Assembly (NCBI GenBank): GCA_963713825.1
Contig: CAVQNG010000004.1
Location: forward strand, 1 to 64,000
Source of the DNA: an uncultured Acidobacteriota bacterium
Lineage (GTDB): Bacteria; Acidobacteriota; Thermoanaerobaculia; Multivoradales; JAHEKO01
Direction of reading: 5' to 3'
DNA length: 64,000 bases
Shown: positions 49,935 through 59,666 of the stretch, piece after piece
How the letters are laid out: each line of letters begins with the position of its first letter
How positions within the stretch are numbered: position 1 is the stretch's first letter
Notes under the pieces: generated by a model
What the model was told of the DNA's origin: nothing
What the model saw: only the letters and a program-made list of their open reading frames with translations
The model's database searches: none
Position numbers and translations under genes: made by a program

Positions 49935-50995
49935 TGGAGAGCGCTGTCATTCTCACCAACGGGATGCTGCAGACGCCGTTCGCCAAAACGACGCATGGCC
50001 TGGTGAGAGGACCCAGTCGTTTCGAGATTCTGGGCGTCATCGATCCACCCTTCGCGGGACAGGACGCCGGCGCCCTGCTCGATGGGCGCCCTCGGAACAT
50101 CCCGATCTTCACCTCCGTCTCCACTTGCCTGGAGGCACTGGACAGAAAGCCTGACTACTGCATCGTCGGCGTAGCCACTGTCGGTGGAGTGCTACCACAG
50201 GCCATCCGAGCGGGGTTGCTCGAGGCGGCGGCGGCGGGCCTGTCGCTGGTCAATGGACTGCACCGCCTCCTGGCGGACGACTCGGAACTGTCGGAGCTCG
50301 TAAGGCAGCACAATGCGTCGATCATCGACATTCGCAGACCCAAACCCATTGACGAGCTTCGCTTCTGGTCAGGAGAGGTTCTCAGCCTGCCGGCACTGAA
50401 AATCGCTGTCTTGGGAACCGATTGTGCGCTCGGCAAACGCACCACCTGTGAGCTTCTGAGGCAGGCCTGCCAGGAGGACGGAATCTCTGCCGAGATGATC
50501 TACACCGGCCAGACAGGGTGGCTACAAGGGACTCCCCACGGCTTCATCTTCGATGCCACACCCAACGACTTCGTCTGCGGAGAGCTGGAACGGGCCATCC
50601 TCGAGTGCCACGCAGCTACATCTCCCGACGTCATCCTCCTCGAGGGGCAGAGCGGGCTGCGGAATCCCTCAGGCCCCTGCGGATCCGAGTTGGTCCTCGC
50701 CGGCGGCAGCGACGCGGTCATCCTGCAGCATGCACCGGGACGTGAGTTCTATGAGGATTTCGAGGAGTTGGGTTGCCGGATTCCCCCGGTGAGCGAGGAG
50801 ATCGAGATGATCCGGCTCATGGGAGCCGAGGTGATGGCCGTGACCCTGAACCACGAGAACTTGGATGAGGCGCAGTTGAGGACCGAGCAGGAGAAACTCC
50901 AGGCAGAGTTGAAACTGCCCGTCATCCATCCCCTGAGGGATGGGCTGTCTGCACTGATCGGGCCGATTCGTCAGCGACTCTCAGCGAGGACATGA
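49934..50995 (+). CDS. DUF1611 family protein (DgcN-like D-amino-acid N-acetyltransferase)
   Basis: AKTTHGLVR, NGLH, GTDCALGKRTT, TGQTGW, EGQS. Confidence 0.85.
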   Translation: MESAVILTNGMLQTPFAKTTHGLVRGPSRFEILGVIDPPFAGQDAGALLDGRPRNIPIFTSVSTCLEALDRKPDYCIVGVATVGGVLPQAIRAGLLEAAAAGLSLVNGLHRLLADDSELSELVRQHNASIIDIRRPKPIDELRFWSGEVLSLPALKIAVLGTDCALGKRTTCELLRQACQEDGISAEMIYTGQTGWLQGTPHGFIFDATPNDFVCGELERAILECHAATSPDVILLEGQSGLRNPSGPCGSELVLAGGSDAVILQHAPGREFYEDFEELGCRIPPVSEEIEMIRLMGAEVMAVTLNHENLDEAQLRTEQEKLQAELKLPVIHPLRDGLSALIGPIRQRLSART

Positions 50996-50998
50996 GAC

Positions 50999-52084
50999 AT
51001 GAAGATCGAGACGATTCAGACCTGGAAAGAGACGATCGAGTTGACGCGGCCCTATGCGATCTCCAGTCGGTCGATGTCGGCCGTCGATCTCTTCTTCGTG
51101 CGCATTCTGACCGACAGCGGCCACGAAGGGGTCGGATCGGGCTCTCCCGCCGAAGAGGTCACGGGCGAGTCTCCTGAGAGCACTGCCGTCGCTCTCGGAG
51201 AGATGGCCGATGGCCTACTGATCGGCGAGGATCCTCGACACCTCGGCACCCTCTGCCGCCGTCTCCGCGACAAGCTCAGCGCCACCCCGGCGGCCCATGC
51301 GGCCCTGGACATGGCGCTCCACGATCTGTTCTGCAGGATCATGGACGTTCCTCTGGTGGATCTGCTTGGCCGCTCTCACACCTCCCTGCCCACCTCGATC
51401 ACCATCGGCATCAAGTCGGTCGAAGAGTCTCTAGCCGAGGCCGACGAGTACCTGGAACGGGGCTTCCGCAGCCTCAAGGTCAAGGTCGGACGCTCCATCG
51501 ACGAGGAGATCGAAATGCTGCATCGACTGCGCGAGAGAGTCGGGCAGGATATCGAGATCCGCGTCGATGCCAACCAGGGCTATGGCTTGGAGGAGACGAA
51601 TCAGCTCTGGCAGCAGCAGGAAGTGCTCCGGCTCGAGCTCATCGAGCAGCCGCTGCCGGCAGAGACTCTGATCGACCTACGGTCGCTGTCGCAAGATCTC
51701 CGCCAGCTGGTGGCTGCCGATGAAAGCCTGCACGATGCCGGCGACGCGGCGACCCTGGCACATCCACCGGCGGTTTGCGGCATACTCAACATCAAGCTCA
51801 TGAAGTGTGGAGGCGTTTCCCCTGCCCTCGCCATCGGACAGGTCGCCGAAGCGACAGGTCTCGAGCTCATGTGGGGCTGCATGGACGAGAGCGTCATCAG
51901 CATCTCGGCAGCTCTGCATGCGGCCTTCGCCTGTCCTCAGACCCGCTACCTGGATCTGGATGGCAGCCTCGACCTGGCGAAAGACCCCGCGCAGGGCGGC
52001 TTCACACTCGAAGACGGCGAGCTGCGCACCCTGGACAGGCCTGGATTGGGTGTGACCCTGGGGCCGCCAAGTAGAATGCCCTGA
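50999..52084 (+). CDS. Enolase-superfamily dipeptide epimerase / N-acyl-amino-acid racemase (DgcA/AEE-like)
   Basis: KVK, RVDANQG, IEQP, ADES, NIKLMKCGG, GCMDE, DLDG. Confidence 0.9.
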   Translation: MKIETIQTWKETIELTRPYAISSRSMSAVDLFFVRILTDSGHEGVGSGSPAEEVTGESPESTAVALGEMADGLLIGEDPRHLGTLCRRLRDKLSATPAAHAALDMALHDLFCRIMDVPLVDLLGRSHTSLPTSITIGIKSVEESLAEADEYLERGFRSLKVKVGRSIDEEIEMLHRLRERVGQDIEIRVDANQGYGLEETNQLWQQQEVLRLELIEQPLPAETLIDLRSLSQDLRQLVAADESLHDAGDAATLAHPPAVCGILNIKLMKCGGVSPALAIGQVAEATGLELMWGCMDESVISISAALHAAFACPQTRYLDLDGSLDLAKDPAQGGFTLEDGELRTLDRPGLGVTLGPPSRMP

Positions 52085-52108
52085 CTTCTCAGGAAAGAAG
52101 GAGCCCCC

Positions 52109-53587
52109 GTGGCAGAGACCAACACCAGCCCAAACGAATCTGAATCCAAGCCCGAGCGGACTCGTTTCCGGAAGATTATCGCCTGGACGTTTATCGCCCT
52201 TCGCGTCCTCGGAGTCTTCTCTGCGGTCGACGCGGTCATGTCGAACCGCACCGCTACGGGAGCCGTCGCCTGGTCCCTCAGTCTGGTGACTGTCCCCATC
52301 GTCGCCCTACCGGCATATTGGGTCTTTGGGCGCAGCAAGTTCGAGGGCTATCTCGAAGCCCGAAGGGAGAACCAGGAGGAGATCGACGAGCTCATCGACG
52401 AGATCCATTCCAACCTGGACTCCTCCGCCTACGAGTTCGAAGCAGCCAACCCGGCCTACGATGCCCTCCGCGAGCTTTCGAGATTTCGGATGACCCACGG
52501 CAACAAGGTCGAGTTGTTGGTCGACGGAGAAGCGACTTTCGACAGCATCATCGAAGGGATCGGCCAAGCCGAGGATTATGTGCTCGTCCAGTTCTACATC
52601 GTGCACGACGACGGGCTGGGACGTCGCCTGAAGGACGCCATGATCGAACGGGCGTTGGCGGATGTGGATGTGTTCTTCCTCTATGACGAAGTCGGCAGCT
52701 CCAAGCTGACGGATGAGTATCAGGACGATTTACGAGCGGCCGGGGTCAAGGTGTCGAATTTCAATACCACCCAGGGCCGTCGCAACAAGTTCCAATTGAA
52801 CTTTCGCAACCACCGGAAAGTCGTGGTTGTCGATGGCAAGACAGCCTGGATCGGTGGCCACAACGTCGGCGACGAGTACCTCGGCCTCGATCCGGAGTTC
52901 AGTCCCTGGCGCGATACGCACGTTCGTCTGGATGGGCCCGTCGCGATGCACGCGCAGGCGTGGGTGGCTTCAGACTGGTACTGGGCGCAGCGTGAGCTTC
53001 TCGATCTGAACTGGGTGCCCGAACTGGTTCCGGACTCCGACGTAAACGCCATGGTCCTTGCCACCGGGCCCGCGGACCCACTCGAGACGGCCGGGATGTT
53101 CTTCGTGCATGCACTGAGCTCGGCGAAGGACCGTATCTGGATCACAGCACCCTATTTCGTTCCCGATGACGCGATCGTCAAGGCGTTGATGCTCGCGACC
53201 CTACGTGGTGTCGATGTTCGGATCCTGGTCCCCGCCAAGGGCGACAGCGTGCCTGTACAAATGGCTTCGTACTACTTCATGGACCTGCTGGCAGGGTCGG
53301 AGGTGAAGTTCTGCGAATGGGGTCCCGGATTCATGCACCAAAAAGTCATGCTCGTCGACCAGAAGTCGTCGGTGATCGGCACCCACAACTTCGACAACCG
53401 GTCGTTTCGACTGAACTTCGAGATCGCCGCAGTGATCCACGATGAGGAGTTCAACGACGAACTGGAAGCAATGTTCAATGACGACTTTCGCCAGTGCAAG
53501 CCAATCGACCCAGCGACTTTCGCAGACAACCCCTGGTACTGGCACTTCGGTGTGAACCTGTCGCGCCTGTTGGCGCCGATCCTCTAG
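52109..53587 (+). CDS. cls: Cardiolipin synthase
   Basis: Two N-terminal TMs; two HKD motifs (NHRKVVVVDG, MHQKVMLVD); NFDNRSFRLNFE. Confidence 0.92.
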   Translation: MAETNTSPNESESKPERTRFRKIIAWTFIALRVLGVFSAVDAVMSNRTATGAVAWSLSLVTVPIVALPAYWVFGRSKFEGYLEARRENQEEIDELIDEIHSNLDSSAYEFEAANPAYDALRELSRFRMTHGNKVELLVDGEATFDSIIEGIGQAEDYVLVQFYIVHDDGLGRRLKDAMIERALADVDVFFLYDEVGSSKLTDEYQDDLRAAGVKVSNFNTTQGRRNKFQLNFRNHRKVVVVDGKTAWIGGHNVGDEYLGLDPEFSPWRDTHVRLDGPVAMHAQAWVASDWYWAQRELLDLNWVPELVPDSDVNAMVLATGPADPLETAGMFFVHALSSAKDRIWITAPYFVPDDAIVKALMLATLRGVDVRILVPAKGDSVPVQMASYYFMDLLAGSEVKFCEWGPGFMHQKVMLVDQKSSVIGTHNFDNRSFRLNFEIAAVIHDEEFNDELEAMFNDDFRQCKPIDPATFADNPWYWHFGVNLSRLLAPIL

Positions 53588-53602
53588 TCCTGTCGACGGC
53601 TC

Positions 53603-55021
53603 ATGACTGATCCCGGCTGGTACTCCATCCTGCCTCCGATCCTGGCGATCGTTCTGGCCATCTGGAGCAAGCAGGTCATCCCGTCACTATTTGCCGGCAT
53701 CTGGACGGGCTTCACCCTGCTCAGTGGGTTCAACCCCATCATCGGTGCGACCGAGAGTCTAGAGGGAATCGTCCATGTGTTTACCGATCCGGGAGACACG
53801 CGTGTCCTGATCTTCACGCTGCTCATCGGGTCGATGATCGCCACGATCGAGTTTTCGGGCGGCGTGCGGGGCTTCGTGCACTTTCTCGAGACCCGACGCT
53901 GGGTCCACACCGGCAAGCGGGCCCAGATCCTCGCCTGGGTCACTGGGATCATCATCTTCATCGAATCCAACATCACATTGCTTGTGGCGGGCTCCGTCTG
54001 CAGGCCTCTGTTCGATCGCTACAAGATCTCACGCGAGAAGCTGGCCTATCTCATCGATGCAACCTCCGCTCCGGTCTGCATCATGATTCCGCTCAACGCA
54101 TGGGGTGCGATCATTATCGGCCTTGTCGCCTCGACCGGCGTGGACAATCCACTCGAGACGTTCATCGCGTCGATTCCCTACAACCTCTATTCGATCGTCG
54201 CGATCCTGCTGGCAGCGGTCGTCATTTGGAAGGACCTGAATATCGGCCCCATGAGGGCGGCCGAAGAACGAACGCGCGGCGGCCGGCTCTTGTGGCCAGA
54301 CGCCACGCCTCTGGTGGATACGTCTGCAGAGGTGAGCCCGGAGGGTGAGAGACCAGAAGATATTCCGTCCGCAGCCTACATGGTGCTACCGATCCTGGTC
54401 ATGATCCTGATGATGCCGGTTTCTCTCTACATCACCGGGGATGGCGACATCATCGAGGGCTCAGGGTCCATCTCCGTCCTTTGGTCTGTCAGCGCCGCGG
54501 TGGTGACGACCTGGATCATGCTTCTCGCAGGCCGCAAGGCCTCGCTGTACGACCTGATGCGGATGTTCATGAAAGGCGCCAAGGACCTTCTGCCGATAGC
54601 GACGATTCTGCTGCTGGCTCTGGCCCTGGGCGATGTCGCCCAGCTGCTCGGAACCGGGCAATACGTAGCCGGCATCGCGAGTGCCACCGTTCCCCAGTTC
54701 CTGCTGGCGCCGCTCGTCTTTCTCGTCTCAGCCTTTATCGCCTTCTCCGTCGGTTCGAGCTGGGGGACTTTCGCGATCATGATCCCAATCGCGATTCCGA
54801 TTGCGACGACGCTCGGCCTACCCGTTCCGCTCTTGCTGGGAGCCGCGACATCCGGCGCGATCTTTGGCGACCACGCATCGCCGATCAGTGACACGACGGT
54901 CGTCGCTTCGATGGCTTCGGCTACCGATCACATCGATCACGTGCGCACGCAGCTGCCCTATGCGCTGCTCGCCGCTGGCATCGCCACCACCGGTTTCCTG
55001 ATTCTCAGTCTTATCGGGTAG
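53603..55021 (+). CDS. NhaC-family ion/amino-acid transporter
   Basis: SREKLAYLIDATSAP, GSSWGTFAIM, FGDHASPISDTT, HVRTQLPY. Confidence 0.88.
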   Translation: MTDPGWYSILPPILAIVLAIWSKQVIPSLFAGIWTGFTLLSGFNPIIGATESLEGIVHVFTDPGDTRVLIFTLLIGSMIATIEFSGGVRGFVHFLETRRWVHTGKRAQILAWVTGIIIFIESNITLLVAGSVCRPLFDRYKISREKLAYLIDATSAPVCIMIPLNAWGAIIIGLVASTGVDNPLETFIASIPYNLYSIVAILLAAVVIWKDLNIGPMRAAEERTRGGRLLWPDATPLVDTSAEVSPEGERPEDIPSAAYMVLPILVMILMMPVSLYITGDGDIIEGSGSISVLWSVSAAVVTTWIMLLAGRKASLYDLMRMFMKGAKDLLPIATILLLALALGDVAQLLGTGQYVAGIASATVPQFLLAPLVFLVSAFIAFSVGSSWGTFAIMIPIAIPIATTLGLPVPLLLGAATSGAIFGDHASPISDTTVVASMASATDHIDHVRTQLPYALLAAGIATTGFLILSLIG

Positions 55022-55052
55022 GTCCGCAGGACCCTAGCGCATCTGCCGCGGT

Positions 55053-55994
55053 CTAGCTGAGCTCGCGAGCGATCTCTCTGGCTTCTTCTTCGGTGTCGAT
55101 GTCCTTGGCCATGGAAAGGGCGTGCATGAGGGGCAGGCGGCCCTTACGATCAGGGTACTTCCTGCGGTGCTTGAAAGAGACGAAGATGCGGCGCAACCGC
55201 TCTGCCATCTCGTCGGAGGTGACCACCCCATCCTGCAGATGGAAGCCCATCATGACCCCATTGGTGATCACAGTCGCAGTGAGATCCGGCAATCGAAACG
55301 CGAAGATGTGCTTGATGTCCTGCACGACCAGACCAAGGAGGATATGAGTGGCAATCAGCCACAATCGGTAAAGCACGCCACGATTACGGCTGCGATAGGC
55401 CAGGTCGAAGGTGCGGTAGACAAGGGGCAATCGAATGGCATTGGTGTCGGCCAGGACAAAGTGACCCGGAAGCAGGATCGTAGGCTCGGACTCGGGTGTC
55501 GGCTGTACCTGGTACTTGGGCTTCCAGGCCGAGGCCCCCATCTCGGTCGGTCGTTCAGGAGCGAGGATCAAGGGCGCCCAGAAGTCCAGCGGAGCATGCT
55601 GATAGTAGTCCTCCATCAGTCGCCGCAGCTCATCGCCTTCCGGCAGAATGTCACAAGTCGTAACCGCCACTATGCCGCCCGGGGAGAGGGGTGCGACGGC
55701 GGTCACAGCAACTTCGATGTTCTTGCCAAACGTGGAGTTGGTGTCGATGACCCGCGCTCCACTGCGAGATTCACCATAGACCCGAGCTGGGCCAGCGATG
55801 TACACCGGGTCGAAGCAGCCGCTCTCTTCGACCCGCTCGAGAAGCAGGTCGATGATCGGACGACCACCGATCCTCAGGTCCATGCCCTTGGCGCCCTTGA
55901 TCGGATGCAGGTCCGCTCCCGCTTCCGGCAGCGCCGCCGGCTCCGGATCGCTCCCAGCCAGAATGATCAGTGGTATGGGGTCATGCTTCGCCAT
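55053..55994 (-). CDS. NTP-transferase/GT-A-fold-like hypothetical protein
   Basis: IILAG, K..LRIGGRPII, TCDILP, C-terminal DIDTEEE. Confidence 0.5.
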   Translation of the reverse strand: MAKHDPIPLIILAGSDPEPAALPEAGADLHPIKGAKGMDLRIGGRPIIDLLLERVEESGCFDPVYIAGPARVYGESRSGARVIDTNSTFGKNIEVAVTAVAPLSPGGIVAVTTCDILPEGDELRRLMEDYYQHAPLDFWAPLILAPERPTEMGASAWKPKYQVQPTPESEPTILLPGHFVLADTNAIRLPLVYRTFDLAYRSRNRGVLYRLWLIATHILLGLVVQDIKHIFAFRLPDLTATVITNGVMMGFHLQDGVVTSDEMAERLRRIFVSFKHRRKYPDRKGRLPLMHALSMAKDIDTEEEAREIARELS

Positions 55995-56177
55995 TGCAAC
56001 TCCAACGCCCATCAGGTCGAGATGAAGATTGTACCCAACCGGTTGGCGCTCACCGAATCTGTTCCCATTCACCTCTATCGTAGCCCGGCAACATCGATAG
56101 GTGCCACCGTCGTCACCTCGACTCCTGGCCGAGCTGCTAGAGTTTCGGGCTAGCTCGCGCCACACCGCCCCGAGATC

Positions 56178-56945
56178 ATGAACAGCCCATCTCCCTCGCC
56201 CCCTGTAAAACAACGCTTCGGCCCCGCCTGGGCGGCCGCAGTGACCGTGATCGCGGTCGTCGCCATCCTGGTCGGCGCCGGACTCTACGTCTTTCGATCG
56301 ATTCGAGAGCTGCCGAGCGAGGCCGCCAGGGGCACACTCAGGGCGATCGAAGAGATCAAGGAAGTCGCGGCGGCCTTTCGCCAGGGAACGATCCAGACGG
56401 AATTCACCAGCTACGCGACCACCGTTACTGGCAGCAACTATCTTCAATTCGCCACGCTGCGGCAGACCGAGGTGTTCACCCGCACAGACAAGAGCGCGGT
56501 TCTCTGGGGAGGCCTTGAACTACCCGAAGTGGTCGTCTCGGCGACGGCTCCCGTCGTCTACACCACCTATCTCGATTTCAACGAGGAGTGGCATTTCACT
56601 TCGACGGGTCAGACCCTCGAGGTCGTGGCACCGCCGATTCGCTTCAATCTACCCGCCATCGACGCTTCCCAGATTCGCTATGAGGTTCGACAGGGAAGCC
56701 TGCTTCGCAACGAGGATGAATCGCTCGAGGATCTCAAACGGAGTCTTACCCAGATGTCCATCCGCCGGTCGCGCGATCACCTGCCGCTGGTGCGGGAGGT
56801 TGGGCGGCGCAAGACGCAGGAGTTCGTCGAGAATTGGCTCGCACAGAGCTTTGGCGATGGACTGGACTACTACGTGCGGGTCGTCTTCGCCGACGAGGTC
56901 GAGCCGGCCGACGATCGGGGTCTTCGACTCCCTGAAGGACCCTGA
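56178..56945 (+). CDS. Membrane-anchored hypothetical protein (DUF4230-like)
   Basis: Single N-terminal TM followed by a beta-rich domain; clean ORF. Confidence 0.5.
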   Translation: MNSPSPSPPVKQRFGPAWAAAVTVIAVVAILVGAGLYVFRSIRELPSEAARGTLRAIEEIKEVAAAFRQGTIQTEFTSYATTVTGSNYLQFATLRQTEVFTRTDKSAVLWGGLELPEVVVSATAPVVYTTYLDFNEEWHFTSTGQTLEVVAPPIRFNLPAIDASQIRYEVRQGSLLRNEDESLEDLKRSLTQMSIRRSRDHLPLVREVGRRKTQEFVENWLAQSFGDGLDYYVRVVFADEVEPADDRGLRLPEGP

Positions 56946-56952
56946 ACCAACC

Positions 56953-57702
56953 TCAAGACAGCTCGAATTCTGCGATCAGGGGCCGATGGTCGCTGGCCAC
57001 TCGAGCCGCCGCGTGTTGGCACCGGTAGGCCCACAGCAACCGCAGTCCACCGCGGTAGTAGATCCGATCCAATCCACCCCGCGGCGAGATCGAGGGATAG
57101 GTCTTGATCGCTCGCGGGCCTCGTTGGGTCTGGTGGTCTGAGGCACAATGGAACCTCAACGCTTCGATGAAGAAGACCCGGAGCAGCGACCGCCAGTCGT
57201 TGAAGTCCCCTCCCAGGATGCACGACGTTTCCGGTTCCATCTTGGCGATCTCTTGGGAGCGGGAGAGAATGCCGGCCTGGCGCTCGCGCTCCCTGGCCGA
57301 CAGCCCGAGATGGAGATTGAACACCTCCAGCCGGTGAGTGTGCCCCGTCATCTTCTCCACCAGGATCGAGGTGTGCTGGCAGCCTCGTCGCTTGCGATTG
57401 CCGACTGTCAGATCGATGTTTCGCTCGCGCTGGATTGGGTACCGGCTCAGGGTCGCATTGCCGTACCAGCCCTTGCGTAAGCTGACGTTGTGGCCGATCG
57501 CCCAATAGGGATAGCCCAGACGCTCCGCCAGGTTCTCTGCCAGGTGCAGCTCTCTCGATCGAGGCACCCCCTCGTCCACCTCCTGCAATAGAACGATGTC
57601 GGGATCATGATCCGCCAGGATCTCGGCGATGCGATCCGGTCGGAAACGGCGGTCGACACCAATCGCCCGATGGATGTTGTAGGTGGCAAGGCGTAGCCTC
57701 AT
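56953..57702 (-). CDS. Endonuclease/exonuclease/phosphatase family protein (YbhP-like)
   Basis: TYNIH, LQEVD, GNATLS, HLGL, GDFN, LDRI, SDHRP. Confidence 0.9.
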   Translation of the reverse strand: MRLRLATYNIHRAIGVDRRFRPDRIAEILADHDPDIVLLQEVDEGVPRSRELHLAENLAERLGYPYWAIGHNVSLRKGWYGNATLSRYPIQRERNIDLTVGNRKRRGCQHTSILVEKMTGHTHRLEVFNLHLGLSARERERQAGILSRSQEIAKMEPETSCILGGDFNDWRSLLRVFFIEALRFHCASDHQTQRGPRAIKTYPSISPRGGLDRIYYRGGLRLLWAYRCQHAAARVASDHRPLIAEFELS

Positions 57703-57824
57703 GCCTCAATCCTATCCGGGCAGTGGCTCTCTGGCCTAGCTGGCGTAGTCCTTCAAAAAGGTGTCCAGACAGCGATACACTCTCCCTCTCTCGCAGCACA
57801 GCTCTCTGCCACGAACCCAATCCG

Positions 57825-59135
57825 ATGCCTCGACAGGAACTTCGTGCAGCACGCCAGTGGCGGTCGGAGCCGGCCTCCAAGCGTCGCTCCTGCGGCCTCC
57901 TTCTGGTCGTTGGCATGGTTTTCCTGGGTGCCTGCGCAGGCTCCTCGAAGGGCCTGGACACCAAGAGTCAGAGCCCCGCGGAAAGTACCACCCTGATCCT
58001 CATCAGCCTCGATGGCTTCCGCTGGGACTTCATGGAACTGGCGGAGACACCCACCCTGGATCGACTGGCGGCTTCTGGCGTTCGAGCCCAGCGCCTGATC
58101 CCCGTGTTTCCGACCAAGACCTTCCCGAATCACTACAGCATCGCGACAGGGCTCTATCCGGAGCATCACGGAATCGTGGCCAACAACTTCTACGACCCAG
58201 CCTTCGACGCCAGCTTCATGCTCGCCGAACCCGCTACCCATTCCGCCGCACACTGGTGGGAAGGGGAACCGATCTGGGTGACGGCGGAAAGGCAGGGCCT
58301 GACCGCCGCGACCTACTTCTGGCCCGGCTCCGAAGAGGAGTTCGATGGCATCCGGCCGAGCCATTGGAAACCCTACGATCAAGAGGTGCCCTACGAGGAG
58401 CGCATCGACCAGGTACTGACGTGGCTGGATTCCGATAAGAACGATCGGCCCGACTTCATTGCCCTCTACATAGACTTGATCGACACGGTCTCCCACTCCC
58501 ACAACCCCGAATCATCGCCGGAGGTCGCCGCAGCCATTCGCACAGTGGATGGCCTTCTGGGTCGCCTTCTCGAGGGTCTCGAGCTCTCGGGACATCTCGA
58601 CCGGGTCAATCTGATGGTGGTCTCGGATCACGGCATGGCGTCCACTTCGCCGGACCGGGTCATCTTCCTGGACGACTATCTGGCCACGGAAGAGCTCCGT
58701 ATCCTGGACTGGGACCCAGTTCTCTCGATCTGGACCGATCCCGGAGAGGAAGACGAGGTCTACGACACCCTGGCAGGAGCTCACCCCCATCTGAGAATCC
58801 TCCGGAAGGACGACATCCCAGACGAATGGCACTACCGGGACCATAGGAGAATCCCACCGATTCTTGGCGTCGCAGACGAGGGCTGGTCGATAACCTCTCG
58901 CCCCTTCTACGCCAGCAACCCAGCCTTCTTCGAGGGAGCCAACCACGGCTACGAACCCTCGATCGATTCGATGGGCGCTCTGTTCCTCGCCAACGGACCA
59001 GCCTTCGAAGAGGGCCTCATTGTTCCCCCGGTCGAAGCCGTAGACCTCTACGAGCTCATGTGCTCGATTCTCGGTCTTGAACCGGCCATGAACGACGGTG
59101 ATCTGGCGAGAGCTCAGCACCTTTTGCATCATTGA
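57825..59135 (+). CDS. Alkaline-phosphatase superfamily nucleotide pyrophosphatase/phosphodiesterase, probable lipoprotein (start uncertain)
   Basis: LGAC lipobox, SLDGFR, PTKTFPNH, SDHGM, HGY. Confidence 0.9.
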   Translation: MPRQELRAARQWRSEPASKRRSCGLLLVVGMVFLGACAGSSKGLDTKSQSPAESTTLILISLDGFRWDFMELAETPTLDRLAASGVRAQRLIPVFPTKTFPNHYSIATGLYPEHHGIVANNFYDPAFDASFMLAEPATHSAAHWWEGEPIWVTAERQGLTAATYFWPGSEEEFDGIRPSHWKPYDQEVPYEERIDQVLTWLDSDKNDRPDFIALYIDLIDTVSHSHNPESSPEVAAAIRTVDGLLGRLLEGLELSGHLDRVNLMVVSDHGMASTSPDRVIFLDDYLATEELRILDWDPVLSIWTDPGEEDEVYDTLAGAHPHLRILRKDDIPDEWHYRDHRRIPPILGVADEGWSITSRPFYASNPAFFEGANHGYEPSIDSMGALFLANGPAFEEGLIVPPVEAVDLYELMCSILGLEPAMNDGDLARAQHLLHH

Positions 59136-59245
59136 CGCCCTCCGGTGTGCAGTCCGTCACACATCTGTGACCGACTCCACTGCTGGTCCGACGGATTCTG
59201 GCTACATTGGTCTCGGTTCAGCATCCTCCTTTCTTCCCCCATACC

Positions 59246-59289
59246 GGCGATGGATCTCCCCTCCTTGATCCATCGCCACCTTTTTATTT
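59246..59289 (+). terminator. Intrinsic terminator
   Basis: 11-bp stem GGCGATGGATC/GATCCATCGCC, then ACC and TTTTTATTT. Confidence 0.7.
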
Positions 59290-59382
59290 GGCCCCGGCCT
59301 CCCGCACGGGAACTTTTCGCCCACAACGTCGTAGACTTGGGCAGCGAGCGCAAGAGTAGAGTCAAGAGACAAGGAGGTCGTC

Positions 59383-59598
59383 GTGCCCAATCCAAGGAAC
59401 CCACTTCGAAGGTCTCGAAGCCATCGGATGATCGCCGGGGTCTGCGGCGGCCTCGCCGATTGGCTCGGCTGGGACGTGACTCTGGTCCGGGTCCTCTACA
59501 TCATCGTGTCGATTCTCTCAGCGGCCTTTCCAGGCCTGCTGGCCTATGTCATCCTCTGGATCATCATGCCCGACGGCGAGCCAGCAACCACGGCATGA
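59383..59598 (+). CDS. pspC: PspC domain protein
   Basis: LRRSRSHRMIAGVCGGLADWLG..VRV..YVILWIIMP; AAGGAGG ribosome-binding site. Confidence 0.9.
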   Translation: MPNPRNPLRRSRSHRMIAGVCGGLADWLGWDVTLVRVLYIIVSILSAAFPGLLAYVILWIIMPDGEPATTA

Positions 59599-59666
59599 TC
59601 GGGACGATCGCGTTGACCACGGTTACCCGCTCAGTGGCCTTGCATAGCAGTCGGAGCAGTATCTAG

